A stretch of 63,962 bases of DNA, counting the filler, from Octopus bimaculoides (Eukaryota): assembly GCF_001194135.2 (NCBI RefSeq). It is 10 parts of 8 records of this genome, joined end to end, with 100 filler letters (N's around TTAATTAATTAA, not from the genome) between each part and the next. Parts side by side here need not be neighbours in the genome. Positions count along the whole stretch, not along the records: positions 37,656 to 46,400 come from NC_068983.1; positions 46,501 to 55,453 come from NC_068981.1; 8 more parts are not named here. The stretch is one strand, 5' to 3'. Position numbers and translations under genes: made by a program. Below are positions 38,557 through 51,240 of the stretch, piece by piece. Position 1 is the first letter of the stretch; each line of letters begins with the position of its first letter. Under the pieces are notes generated by a model. It was not told the DNA's origin, made no database searches, and worked only from the letters and a program-made list of their open reading frames with translations.

Positions 38557-38949
38557 GGTCTTTCTTCGTTTACTATTATCGTTTGAATATAAGTTGCAAT
38601 TGTTTCTGATTTAAAAGAAATATCTTTTTTCTATGCTTTGTTGCGGTTTGTGACAAATATATATATATATGTAGATGAGATTTAATATTCTAGATACACG
38701 CACACACACACACACACACATGCGCATATACATTACATGTCACATCGAAATTCACCTCTTTGCATAATAATTATGAAGAAACTTTATCTAAAATCTACAT
38801 GTCTGCATATACATTTCTATCCGGGACCCTTGATCTCGGATAGATTTTGTATATCTGCATTATATATTTTACAAAATAATTTAACTATAAATAGAATACA
38901 AATTTCAAAGATAACACTATATCATATAATGAAATGCTGACATTTTTAA

Positions 38950-40390
38950 CCTCATGAAACGGTGTTGTTGTTGTTTTGTTTTTTTTTATCAAGCAACTAG
39001 GTTGCACTCACAGTAATAATCTCGACCGAGATTAGCAATTAGCGCACGATAGTGGTTCGGCGTATATTTACATCAACGGCTTTAACCAATTTACAGCAGT
39101 GGTTCCTTCGGTTGCCTGCGCGCGGCAACGGTAATCACGCCAATTGAGGTCAGCACTCAGTGCGAGCTAACGTTCGGCATATATTTACGTCAACCGCTTT
39201 AGTGCAAGTACTGTTCATTTACCTAAATTATATCCCTCTGCAGGACGCTCATGCGGTATTATTCCTGAATAAGATCACTCGTTAGCAAAAGTCTTATCAA
39301 CTTCATGTATTTACAATCACGTGAATTCAAAAATTGATTTTAGTGTAATAGAGTTCAAAACAGGGTACCACTCACAGTGGCATATCACATTGTGAACAAT
39401 AGTATCTAGTTTCCTTGCGTTTCCCTTTTGCTTTACATGCTGTGCATCTCTTTGAAGCATTTGTCTTCTTGACGGTGGGAGAAAACATTTTCCACAAAAT
39501 GCTCACATCCCTTCACCATACAATGAGGAGAGTGTCCGGAGTGGGGACGTCCACGCATTCTGTACTTTGGCAGGTCTGATGCTTCTATCATTTCACAGAA
39601 CAATAGATACCTGAATGTTAATCCATCCCCCACACTGCCAAGCATCGGCCAAATCAAATGTGAGTTCATGACACACATGTCAATTATACACAAGAAAATT
39701 CTTTTGTACCGTGTCACAAATTTTCTCACCGATTTGTGTGTCGTCGCCAGCTGATCTGAGCGATCGACCCCGCCCATCGCTTCATTGTATGAAACAGCTA
39801 CACTCGGTTTCATTATGGCACTACCGTCTGCAACTTGTTTCCTAGTGTCCTTCATGCTAGCAGAATGCATTGTGGATAACATGCAGACGTTTTTCTTGTC
39901 ACGCCTTTCGAAGTTTTATCATGCGAGGATCGGGTGGCATGCTTTTCCTGTCCACCCTTACAGTCCCACGGGCATTAGTTCTCCTCACCTGCAGCTTCAG
40001 GAAAAGGTCTGGACTAGAAAACCAGTTGTCCATATAGATATTGTAGCCTTTATCAAACAAGTTTTCATTCAGCGACAACACGACATCAGTTGACGCAAGA
40101 GATGCTAGAAGATCCAATCTGTCCAGACCAGTGTAGATTTTGTAATTCCACGTGTACCCACAGGCTCTGCCAGTTAACTGGCATACCTTATAAACCTTAT
40201 CGGACACGTTTGGTCGGGTTGTATTGTTTGAATCGGAGCCTTTCCTTGAATTTCCACAAACTCCCGTCCGAACAAATGTCCTGTGTGGGAAAATACACCG
40301 TTCTAAAATATAACGAGAGTAACTCAGAGGGCATAATATTCAAGCGCAACAGATTTGCTAAGGAAATGAAGAATTTTCCTAAAACTAAAA
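38950..40390 (-). mobile_element. Decayed piggyBac transposon (3' two thirds of transposase)
   Basis: YNPTK, YTWNYKIYTG, GYNIYMDNWFSSPDLF and SYNEAMGGVDRSDQL motifs with frameshifts. A possible TTAA-CC terminus near 38946; ends uncertain. Confidence 0.88.
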
Positions 40391-40460
40391 CCTGTGATTG
40401 TGCCAAGGAAGATCGATGTCCACTAGGAAATTTTTGTAGAGAAAAAGGCGTAAAGTAACA
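40381..40460 (+). mobile_element. Penelope-like RT-EN linker fragment (CxCx5Cx5C)
   Basis: KTKTCDCAKEDRCPLGNFCREKGVK. Confidence 0.5.
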
Positions 40461-40499
40461 TCAGAGAGACAGGAGTACTATTATATAGATACATTATTT

Positions 40500-40620
40500 A
40501 CACTATTTAAATTGGACGGATATGTGTCCTCAGCTTGTTTGTTGTATCAGATGTCCTGATAGAATTTTGAACCCAACCTTGGGTTCTCATTCGTAAGGTA
40601 TTTTTTGCTGATGTTATTAT
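40500..40620 (-). mobile_element. Penelope-like terminal repeat, hammerhead core deleted
   Basis: Minus strand matches 63564-63608 (+) at 39/45 nt. Upstream it reads GACATCTGAT versus GACACCTGAA, with about 38 nt of ribozyme core missing. Confidence 0.75.
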
Positions 40621-40650
40621 TATTATTAATTATTGTTATTATTTATTCAA

Positions 40651-40720
40651 GGCACTGCCTGGAAGTGAACTCGGAATCTTGGGGTTAGTAACCCGCTCTC
40701 TTAACCATTACGCTATATGC
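40651..40720 (-). other. tRNA-like (Pol III A/B-box) head
   Basis: GCATATAGCGTAATGGTTAAGAGAGCGGGTTACTAACCCCAAGATTCCGAGTTCACTTCCAGGCAGTGCC: A-box TAGCGTAATGG, anticodon-like GGG-TTACTAA-CCC, B-box-like GAGTTCACTTCC. Not a foldable functional tRNA. Confidence 0.7.
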
Positions 40721-40751
40721 TGGTGGGCAATTATAGAATAAATTTTAGAGC

Positions 40752-40978
40752 TTATAAACCCAATATTTTTATATCCTTCCTTAATACCGGTTCCCATATT
40801 CTACTCATATCTGTATTAGGTCTGCTTAGGAGGTTGTTGTGTCGTAGCATATGTACTACCTCTTTTAGTTTTCGTATTTTCCAGTGGTGTTCTCTGCCTA
40901 TTATTTTAACTTCATCCCACAGGAGAAGGTGGTCTCCATTTTCCATACATGAGCAGCTATACCCAATTTTTCAACACT
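40752..40978 (-). pseudogene. Penelope-like GIY-YIG endonuclease C-terminus
   Basis: VEKLGIAAHVW, frameshift, NGDHLLLWDEVKIIGREHHWKIRKLKEVVHMLRHNNLLSRPNTDMSRIWEPVL. Typical PLE pattern H..WD.VKI..E..W..RK.KE..H. Confidence 0.8.
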
Positions 40979-40984
40979 TCCATT

Positions 40985-41591
40985 TTTCATCTCTCAAAAA
41001 GGCAAGCTTTCATTCCGTTTCAAAAGCATATCACAAACGGAATACTAGTCCAAGCAATTCTTTTCTGAGAGTTTGTGAGGGACCCATATATTACAGTGAG
41101 AAATATATCCTAGCTTCACTGGGTGTTCATGAACTGTACTTTTAGAAACTTCCAACTTCTCTGCAAGTTCTCTAGTCGTGATATTTTAGTTTTATTCAAT
41201 TTTTGCCTCCAAAATATCTTCATCTGCGACTGTCATCTTCCAAGCTAAACTCTCCAGCTTTAAATTTTGCAAGCCACCTTCGAACACTTGATTCACCTAC
41301 AGCATCATCACCATAAACTTCGCAAATGTTTTTGCAAATCTTTGCAGCATTTTCTCCTTTTTTAAAAAAAAAGCATTACAATGTGTATATGAAATTTTTG
41401 GTTATCCATTTCAACTATCAATAAAGGATAACCGGAATGAAAGATAAATCTATTTTTAATCAGGAACAATGAAGTAATGCACTACCACTTCAAGCAACGC
41501 CAAAGTTTTAAGTGTAATACGTTTCGAGTGTGTCCAATAAAGCGTTAAAAGATTTAGCTTAAAAACACTCAGCACTTTCCGGACAGCCTAA
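40985..41591 (-). mobile_element. Mariner 5' fragment
   Basis: TIR TTAGGCTGTCCGGAAAG, and MDNQKFHIHIVMLFFFKKGENAAKICKNICEVYGDDAVGESSVRRWLAKFKAGEFSLED (mariner HTH). Confidence 0.85.
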
Positions 41592-41634
41592 TGTATATAT
41601 ATATATATATGTGTGTGTGTATAGGAGTGGCTGT

Positions 41635-41682
<48 letters not shown>

Positions 41683-43479
41683 GATTGCAGATGCACTGAT
41701 TATAAGTTGACTTATCATTTCAGAGTAGCGCAAAATTTGTCCTTACTATCTGGCTGAAGACTGAAACAGCGGGAACCTTCGTCCGTGACCGCGAAATTTG
41801 AAATCATTGGAGAATAATTTTGCCGTAAAAACTACAACTTAACAAATATTCCACTCTGCTATACCTATTGAGTGCGTTTTCTTCGCTTTTGATAACACTT
41901 AATATTTACTATACAAAAGGTTCTTTATTATATTGCGGGTCTTTATAAGTTAACCTATTCGACTGAGAACACCCAAATTCCATCTAAGTTTGTGATGATA
42001 AGGTTAATGAAATAATTATATGTTGTGAATCGTATGAAGTGAAATGCCTTTTCAATTAATCCACATTTCAATGACTGACAACATACATATAAAAATACGT
42101 ATCTGTGCGCCTTGAATAATTCTCCTGCAACCTTTTGTACATCTGAGACTGTTGGCTATAATGAGTATGATTAAATTCATCCGTGGATGCCATAACACCT
42201 TCAAGTCAAACCTAAGTCTGGTATTCAGAATATTAAAAAATCATAAACATTTATATATTCTGATAAAACAAATATCTTTCTGAAGTTGAATAAAAAACAG
42301 TTTCTGTGTAATATTATCAACCAAAGTTATAGAAATAACAAAGTCACATCTATATTATAATGGAGAAAGCTGCTTATTAATTGGGTGTGTAATAGTTACT
42401 AAAAGAAAGCAATTATTAAAGGCTTGACCATCTAGAATTTTTTTTATAAATTCATGTTCCAAGAAATTTCCTGTAATTTCGATTTCTGAAGTTTATTGAT
42501 AATTTAAAATACAAGTTCTTCACAAATTTAAATATCCGTTGCATTCACTACGGAGTAGATTTAATAAACAGTATTAATTCGTTACAGGCGAAATTTTCTG
42601 TTTTCATTTGCAACAGTCTCTCATTCTCTTTCGCCTCTATTTTCATTAATGATAATTTAATAAATATTCATTTCAATGTTTTCATTTCAAGTTTTATTTC
42701 GCTATTTTTAAAACCCACAGTTTACTCGTGAATGAATGCTATCACACAAAATAACTGTATAACTTTGATGATTATCTTTTATAAAATGAAAATATTTTGA
42801 TATACCGGTAGAGTTAGGTGGTGTGCACTCGCTTTACCTTCACCTATTTTATGATGTTGTGATATACGACAGAAATGATTATAAAATAATAGAGTAAATA
42901 TGTTTAAGACGTATGCAAGTTATGTTATTTTTATTTTTGTTTTCAGTTAACAGAGAAAATAAATTATAGAACATATAACTCAGTGGCTATTTGGCCCATC
43001 GTATCATTAATAATACCTGATTAGTAAAAGCAAATTACCTTCCCTTGTATCATCCGACATGTTTGTTTATATTCGCGAGTGCCCGTTTTCCGTTTGTTTT
43101 ATTTTTTAGTATAAAATATTTTAAAATGGATAAATCTTTCTAATTTTTTGCATGCCTCAGTTATTTTGTATATATTTTCCATTTTCGGAACTTTTTTTTT
43201 AAATTGCATTTCATTTTCTTGGAGAGGTGCGTTTCTAAAGGAGCGCCGAAAAAAGCACATGGGTCTGTGTGAAACAAGGGAATAAACGACGCGCTAGAAC
43301 TTATCATTCTATCGTTGACTCGTGTCTTTTGTTGTGCTGACCTTGAGCCACTACTGTGTAAGTTAGAGACATTGAAGGGCATCCCACGTGACTTAGGATG
43401 CAGAAGACCCATGTCGGCATGCGTGGACATGTCACTGTCATCATGTCGGATACAAGAGATATCGAGGTAGTCGACATCG

Positions 43480-44953
43480 CTAAAAGACTGAGGCGATGAT
43501 AGGAGCAAAAATCAAACAGAAAATGTCAGTAAACCTGCAGCTTGGCAACTGGTGAGGCAGGTCCTTATCATCCAACAGCATCGTGGAGGACTGCTCTAAT
43601 AGACCGGTTAAATTGCTCAGGGTCTGGTTTGGTCCAGATCTCCAGATGTAGAAGAACTAGAACGAGATAAAGAACGGGATGGCAGTCTCACCCAGAAATG
43701 GGCCAGGAGAAATCTATCCCTGAAATTTCTAGCAAAGGTGACGAATGCTTACATTACCTCCACCATATCTTACCACCTGGCCACCGTTATTTGCCCCGGT
43801 TAACGTCTGACAAAACTGAAATATCTGTTCTGCTTTTTGTTAAAGAGACGCGTTCCACTGGTCTGGCGTTCTATTTGCAGTCAACACCCACTGAGTGAAG
43901 AACTGGACATGTGGTTGACGATGCACTGGCATACGCTGAAACTGCAACACCTCAAGCAATTCCTTTACAGTGAACAGGTGTGGTCAGTTTGTTAGACGCG
44001 TTCTTCCGCGGCTCATCTTTTTGACAGAACTGCAGTCCTGGGTCAAGTAAAGACTGAAATAGGTCTCTTAGAATCTGGAATGTCAAACATACTATGCGTG
44101 CTTGACAACATTCTAGAACCTCTAGAATTTGAGCATAATGGTTGGTAGAATTTCCCCGTTGGCATTCTATACGGGATCAGGAGCGGGAAAAAGCGACAAT
44201 GTCCTCGGGGAACTGTGGGTATCAATGAAAATCAGTTGTCTGGGAGTTCTACTGAGAGAAATAGCTGTCCGAGATAAACCCTACAGGCATGGAAGTTTCG
44301 TCATTAAAGCCTGTCCAAGATGCGCAAAGCGCCGAAACCCTTCTGCACACGCTCACCCAGTTCTCGAGTATTGCTAACTGTTGTTACGTGTGGAGCAGAG
44401 TAGGCTATCAGCTGAGTCTATTGAGAAGATTGCCCCGTCGTTTTCCTTTGGCCAGGAAGCACGGGTAATCTTTAGCTGCCTGGTGGCTTGGCTTTTGTGA
44501 AAGAAATATTGTGAGGGATGCGATTGAAATGGTTGAAGACAAACACCTTGCTCTTTGGCGGAGCCCTTATCAACTTTTTCATGCTACGCTTGAAAGGAAA
44601 AGTTAGAGTGAAAAAGGGAGTGTCACATCCCAACAAATTTGTGAAACTGTGAATGAAATTGGAAAGTCAGGTCCATGTAGGTAGGCCTTCTCTGAGTATG
44701 TGCCCTATACCAGAAAACAACTCGGAGAAGGCACATACAGTAGTAGTCAAAATGACATGGATTGTGTGGAGTTTTCACAAGTAGCTTTCGGAAATCTCCA
44801 TTTTGGGGAATTATTCTTTGGTTGTTTTTTTTTTCACTTCTTTATGTTGTTTCCATTATTTTTCATTTTTACACGCTTTATCATGTAATTTCTCACGATC
44901 GCTTTGGACCGTCCTCTGTGTTTTTGTCAACTCTTGGTGGTTAATAAAGAAAA
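43480..44953 (+). mobile_element. Degenerate L1/Tx1-like LINE 3' portion
   Basis: KLLRVWFGPDLQM, AVRDKPYRHG..CPRCA zinc knuckle and SRLSAESIEKIAP, the same family as 51290-51660. T-rich 3' UTR ending AATAAAGAAAA. Confidence 0.7.
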
Positions 44954-45240
44954 CACTTCCAATCAATTAAGATCAGAAGCCATGAGAGCCACTACCTGAT
45001 ACTGCAGCAGGGCATTATTATTGTTGTTGTTGTTGTTGTTGTTACCCTGCGCGTGTAAGCAAGGTATTGTAATCACTCGTCTTTGTATGTGTGTGTGTGC
45101 GCGCTTTCAAAATTACTGGGAAACGGCTGAACAGATTTTCACCAAATATGGCAAAATTACTCATTGGGTAAGTGGCTCGGAATTATGAAAATTTGGTTTG
45201 ATTATCTTCAAACATACATAAATACATTCATAAATATGCA

Positions 45241-45315
<75 letters not shown>

Positions 45316-45879
45316 AGTGGTGGATTCGAGGGTTTCATTTATTAATGAGTTGATTTCTTAATTTCACCGGAGTATAAATACTTATAATGGTGAGACTTAA
45401 ATTTTTTTTTTCTTAATTTAAAAAACAAATCGAACTCACAAATTTCCCGATAAGCAAGTGGTCGTAGTTTTTATATCCTACAACGAACTACAGTACGTTT
45501 GATACACCTGCCATCATTGAAAAACGTTGAAAACACACAAATTCTATGCAATATTTTCTGTAAGTATTTCATTTTGTTCACTTTCTTTTTCATAAATCAT
45601 AATTATTCATATTCATGATCATTATTTGAATAATCATTTATTTAGTCATATGCAAATTTTACTCATATGCAAATTGTATGTTGAACTTTCCAAAACAACC
45701 CCTGATTTTCTTTGTCAACTCGTATTTTAGCATTTCACCGTAAAATTATCGGAATAGAAAGTTGTTGTTTTTTTCTAACACGCATGATTCTTTAGCGAAA
45801 ATTTTTTTCTTAAGTTTAATTCCAAACCTCCTAAAATAACATTCAAATTTCTTTGCCAACTCGTATTTTAACGTTTACG

Positions 45880-46180
45880 CGAAAACCAGTTGAAATATAA
45901 GTAGCTTCTTCGACGCGCCTGGTTCTTCAGTAGAAATTTTGATGACACGATGTCATGTTCTATCTCCTGCATATTGATTTCAGAATTAAGGGTTAATGTC
46001 AGTTTCAGTCGATCATTGTAGCGTCGTTTAGGGCAGCTACGTAATTTCAAACCGGTATCGAGTTCACTGCAGAGGATTTCACTTGGTGCATGATGCTCTT
46101 CATACAATGGACATGACCTTCCCATCTGAAGCAAAGTTTGATTATGATGCCTTCGGTGCTGTTGACTTAGGCCCATTCAA
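45880..46180 (-). mobile_element. RTE-like LINE ORF 3' fragment
   Basis: EILCSELDTGLKLRSCPKRRYNDRLKLTL resembles the RTE L..EL..G.R..G.PK.RY.D.LK motif. Confidence 0.65.
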
Positions 46181-46350
46181 GTATTTAACAAGGTAGTTAA
46201 CACAGTCAGCCTATTTGATGTTCATGTGTAAATGTCAAATATTACATTGAATATATAAGAGAAACTATTCTTCGATTAAAGCAATAAAAATTCAGACACC
46301 GCAGATATATTATTTTATCCAAATTTATTCACTGATGATTACAATATAAC

Positions 46351-46400
<50 letters not shown>

Positions 46401-46500
46401 NNNNNNNNNNNNNNNNNNNNNNNNNNNNNNNNNNNNNNNNNNNNTTAATTAATTAANNNNNNNNNNNNNNNNNNNNNNNNNNNNNNNNNNNNNNNNNNNN

Positions 46501-46546
<46 letters not shown>

Positions 46547-48569
46547 GTATACATAAAATATGCATATATGTACGATCAGTAAGACATCAAAAATGGCGTA
46601 CCACATACATACCTATGTGTGTGTGTGTATAGTGGTGTGCATAGACCTGAGCCTGTATTTGAGGGTGTGTAACACTTCATGTGTATCCGTGTGTGAGTGT
46701 TATGTATCAGTACGTAAGTGTATGTGGGTACGTGTGCGTGAGTGCGTGTGTATCTATCATCGCCATACAACAACAACAACAACTACTACTACTACTACTA
46801 CTACTACTATGTTGTTTCCATCCTCATCAACAACTTCTTTACTGAACACACACATTATTCCCCTCCTCCCCTCAAACTACATAATTCCGCAATCTACATT
46901 TTTTCGTCCTTTTGCATGCCCCACAGTACTTAACATCCACCGGATCTAGTTCAAAACGGGGGTACCAGTATTTTCGTAACGAAACACTTTGAAACTTGGG
47001 ACACTGGTAGAATGTGTCACATAAAACATCTTTTTCTCTTAGTCTTCTTAACAAAAAAACGTACATCGCAGTTATTTCATGTTAAAGTTGTCGTATTTCT
47101 GTTATTTCAACCAATGACTGACGTCCATTCAGTCGAATACATTAAGTGCTGACTACGTAAACAAACGATTCTCAAACGATTCTGGCGGTGATAAAATTAT
47201 TATTTCCTTGTCAAAAAATGGCTGAAGCATATTGGCAGTAGCTAATAAACCTTTCATNNNNNNNNNNNNNNNNNNNNNNNNNNNNNNNNNNNNNNNNNNN
47301 NNNNNNNNNNNNNNNNNNNNNNNNNNNNNNNNNNNNNNNNNNNNNNNNNNNNNNNNNNNNNNNNNNNNNNNNNNNNNNNNNNNNNNNNNNNNNNNNNNNN
47401 NNNNNNNNNNNNNNNNNNNNNNNNNNNNNNNNNNNNNNNNNNNNNNNNNNNNNNNNNNNNNNNNNNNNNNNNNNNNNNNNNNNNNNNNNNNNNNNNNNNN
47501 NNNNNNNNNNNNNNNNNNNNNNNNNNNNNNNNNNNNNNNNNNNNNNNNNNNNNNNNNNNNNNNNNNNNNNNNNNNNNNNNNNNNNNNNNNNNNNNNNNNN
47601 NNNNNNNNNNNNNNNNNNNNNNCACTTATACATACATATACACCAAAGTAGAAACCCTGTACCCTTTCAAACTTTATACACACCCATGAGAGCGAGCACA
47701 CACACACACACACACACTCTCTCTCTCTCTCTCTCTCACACATACACAGACACACACAAACACTCTCTCTCTCACACACACAGACACACACACTCTCTCT
47801 CACAGACACACACTCTCTCACACACACACACACGTCTAATACCTTTTCAACATTCACCACATACGCTCACACACTCAACGTCTCAACCATTTCACACACA
47901 CATCCTCATATGCACAAAATCGCACACACATACTCATACACAACCTATCCACTTTAACAAACATACATATATATACACATACACACACAAACCCATCATG
48001 CTTGGTCGTCCATATGTTTCTAAGTTGTCAATATGTAAGTTGTTATGTCGGCAGACGAACCTTGAAAAACAAGGATAAAAAAGGAAACGAACACTTTGGT
48101 CAAAGAACCAGAATGGAATAGCTTTGATATTCCATGTCTTGTTTTGCTGTCTTTGATAACTGGCACCAACCATTAAGTTATTTGCCGCTCTCTGCGTCTG
48201 AACAGAAACTGGTTTTCGAAAATGGAAGGCAATAGTTTGAGGCAAATTTCCCTACCGTTTCCTTCTTGTATGGATGGGTCTTTCGTTGCTGCTGTTCAGT
48301 TCCAGAACAGACAACCCTGATTCAGCAAATATTTACCTGGTGTGTGGTGGCCTACTTCTCCTCACCAAGCTACGCGGTTTCAATTCTAAATTCCGCTACA
48401 ATACATGCTAGCTGTGACCATCCCATCCATATTCTTCTACCAAGAATAGAGTATTAATTGTATACACACACAAAACGGGCATCCACATATTCCGTGTACC
48501 AAATGCATTATGTGGTCCGTGACTATAGTAGAAGACACATCCGAACTGGGAATCCAGGTAAAAATGTCA

Positions 48570-49150
48570 CAGGAGTTTTGTCCAGTGGGTGGTGTCCAAG
48601 GGTGTTTTGTTCGATTCCCATAAATTAATTGTGGCTTATTTTCCTGCGACTTTATTACCTGCCACCGTAAATTAATTGTGACTTTTTTTCTTTGCCAAAA
48701 TTGTGACTTTATTACCGGTCACCAGGACTGGACCAGAAACCACGTGGTTGCAAAGCAAGATTTTCTTAAGAAAGTTACGGTAATAAAGTCACAATTAATT
48801 TATGGCATAGGTTCTCAATGTGGGCGCTACCGCCCGCCGGTGGGCTCCTAAGGGTGGGGGTGGGGCGTGGGGGGCGTAGAGAAAAAAGGAGGCGTTGGAA
48901 GGAAGGCTGTGGATTGGGGGACGCTATGAATTTATCATATTATAGTATTGTATACAAATTATATAATATATTAAATATCAAATGATTCATAGTATATGTG
49001 AATTAGTAAAATATAAAATATTTATTTATACATAAAAATAGGGGTGGAGGCGCTGAGAGTATTATGTAGCCATGACGGGGTCGGTGGCCCCAAAAGTTTT
49101 AGAACCTCTGAATTATGGTAATCGGACAAAACTCCCATTGGAAAAAACAC
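48570..49150. mobile_element. Foldback-type MITE with subterminal repeats, hosting a hAT MITE
   Basis: CCATAAATTAATTGTG..CTTTATTACC at about 48618, its reverse complement at 48779-48805, and GG.GTTTTGT.CGATT.CCAT-type termini on both sides. Confidence 0.5.
48806..49110. mobile_element. hAT-type MITE
   Basis: Termini CATAGGTTCTCAA / TTTAGAACCTCTG and an 8-bp TSD ATTTATGG / AATTATGG. Confidence 0.75.
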
Positions 49151-49844
49151 CCTATACATACCTGCTATAATATCTACACACAAACGCACACACATTTATA
49201 TACATATACATATAAACTTGCATTGGTTTCTCTCATTTCCAGTTTATTCTGGTTTCGATTGTTCACAAACACACTTCGGTCTCAGATCCACAGGCATGCT
49301 ATCTCATCTCTCTCTCTCACCCTCTATATATTTGGTGCCAACACCTCCAGAATCTTCTATATGTATACCACTGTATATCTCTCCCATTTTCATGGCAGGA
49401 AGTAGGGATCAGAGTGAATGACCACAATTGAGAGCAGTGGTTCAGGTAGCTAAGGACGAATGTCTTGATTATATTAAATTCAAAATCTCTGTCCCCAAAA
49501 TAAGACATTAGTTGTTAATGGGTTAAATGCAATCATATCTGAATGCCTTTGATCACAGATATGTGTCTGGTCCATCAGGCCTGACCTTGGGCCAAACAAC
49601 AATGACTGCAACTACAATAACAACAGCAACATGTGTACAGTAAGACAAATGTTATGAAGTCACTAAGCATATAATGTTTACAGAATGTTAGCCAAAGAAC
49701 CACAGTCTGAAAGATGACACGGGATGACCTCAAGCCGAAATTATTTGACCTTTGTCAGTCCTGAACTGCTGCAGGCAGACAAGTTAAATATTTATCTTGA
49801 TTCTGGAAATCAGGTTAGTTTGCTTGTTGTTTGACTGGTTTATA

Positions 49845-51240
49845 CAGTGGTGGGCACAGCTAGCCAAAAAGTTAGCTTTGCTAACAGATAATCCGCTAAC
49901 TAAAAAGTTAACTTCATAAATGCTAAACTGCTAAACAGGTAAAAAAAAAAAAATTAGCAGAAACTAAACACTAACTGGTGGAAGCGCAATGGTCCAGTGG
50001 TTAGGGCAGCAGACTCGTGGTCGGAGGATCGCAGTTTCGATTCCCAGACTGGGCGTTATGTGTGTTTATTCAGTGAAAACACCTAAAGCCTCATGAGGCT
50101 CCGGCAGAGTAATAAATGCCATGGAGATCATCGTAGACACAGCGCTAATAGAGACCAACAAGGAGGGCAACAGCACCACCAAAATAAGGAGAAGGACGAT
50201 GATTTCTTCAGCAACATCACTTGGTTCTGGGAGAGGAGGAGCCACAGGTCACTGAAGTCCAAGGTACAGAACTTCTTCCTGTTTCTTGAGTAATGCTGCG
50301 ATGGACTGGCGTCCCATCCAGCTTGGGGGGGGGGGGAAACACATATGCCACAGAAACCAGGAAACCGGGCCCATGAGCCTGGCTAGGCTTGAAAAGGTTA
50401 CATAAAAAAATAAATAAAAACATTAACTGATAACTTTTATCACATGAATTTAGCTTCAGTTTGATTTTTTTGGCTCTAAACCCCTTAAAAACAGACCTAG
50501 AGTGCTGAAATTTTCATGCAGCTTAGACATAGAGCTTTCCAAAAAAGTATAGCATGCCAAAATCAAATGATGGTCAGGGTGTACGCAATTAATTAAATGA
50601 GCAAATGAAATTAAACATTAGTTTTTCAGTCAACATAAATTATCTACTGTACAAAAAGTATTAAATGAATCAAAAAGGTATTGTATAGCACAGGTATCAT
50701 GTCAAGATCAGTTGATGGCCAAGGTGTACTACTCTGGCTGGGCCTTCTCCATCACCTTGACATGATGCTGGTTGCCCTTCATAAACATCAACCTCTCAAA
50801 GTGACCATCTGAAAGGGTAGCTCTCTTGGCCCTCAAAATATCTTTGCCTGTAGAGAATAGGCACTCAACTGCAGCACTGGATGGGATGGTGGTGTTATAC
50901 TTGGTGAACACGTTGGTCAAGACCTGCTCACCTAAAAAGGCGACTTCAGTCAAAACCTCCTTCAAGATGGCCTCCAACCAGATCTTCACCAAGTTCTGTG
51001 CCTTGGACTTCAGTGACCTGTGGCTCCTCCTCTCCTAGAACCAAGTGATGTTGCTGAAGAAATCATCGTCCTTATCCTCATGTTGGTGGTGCTGTTGCCC
51101 TCCTTGTTGGTTTCCATTAGCGCTGTCTCTACGATGATCTCCATGGCATTTGTTACTCTGCTAACTTGGCTGTTAATATATTGCTCCAGCTAGAACAGGA
51201 GAGACATGAGGGGAAAGGCAGCAGCCAGTTGGCACTCCGA
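49845..51240 (-). mobile_element. hAT transposon 3' part (dimerisation domain), interrupted by a SINE
   Basis: VFTKYNTTIPSSAAVECLFSTGKDILRAKRATLSDGHFERLMFMKGN at 50729-50992, and terminus CAGTGGTGGGCACAGCTA with GCTAAC subterminal repeats at 49845. Confidence 0.85.
49978..50417 (+). mobile_element. Chimeric SINE: family C head, hAT-derived insert, family D tail
   Basis: Flanked by a 12-bp TSD AAACACTAACTG (49966-49977) / AAACATTAACTG (50418-50429). Confidence 0.8.

Noticed and set aside
40651-40720. Possible functional tRNA gene
   Set aside because: Acceptor and anticodon stems do not pair properly; treated as a tRNA-derived head. The same applies to all SINE heads.
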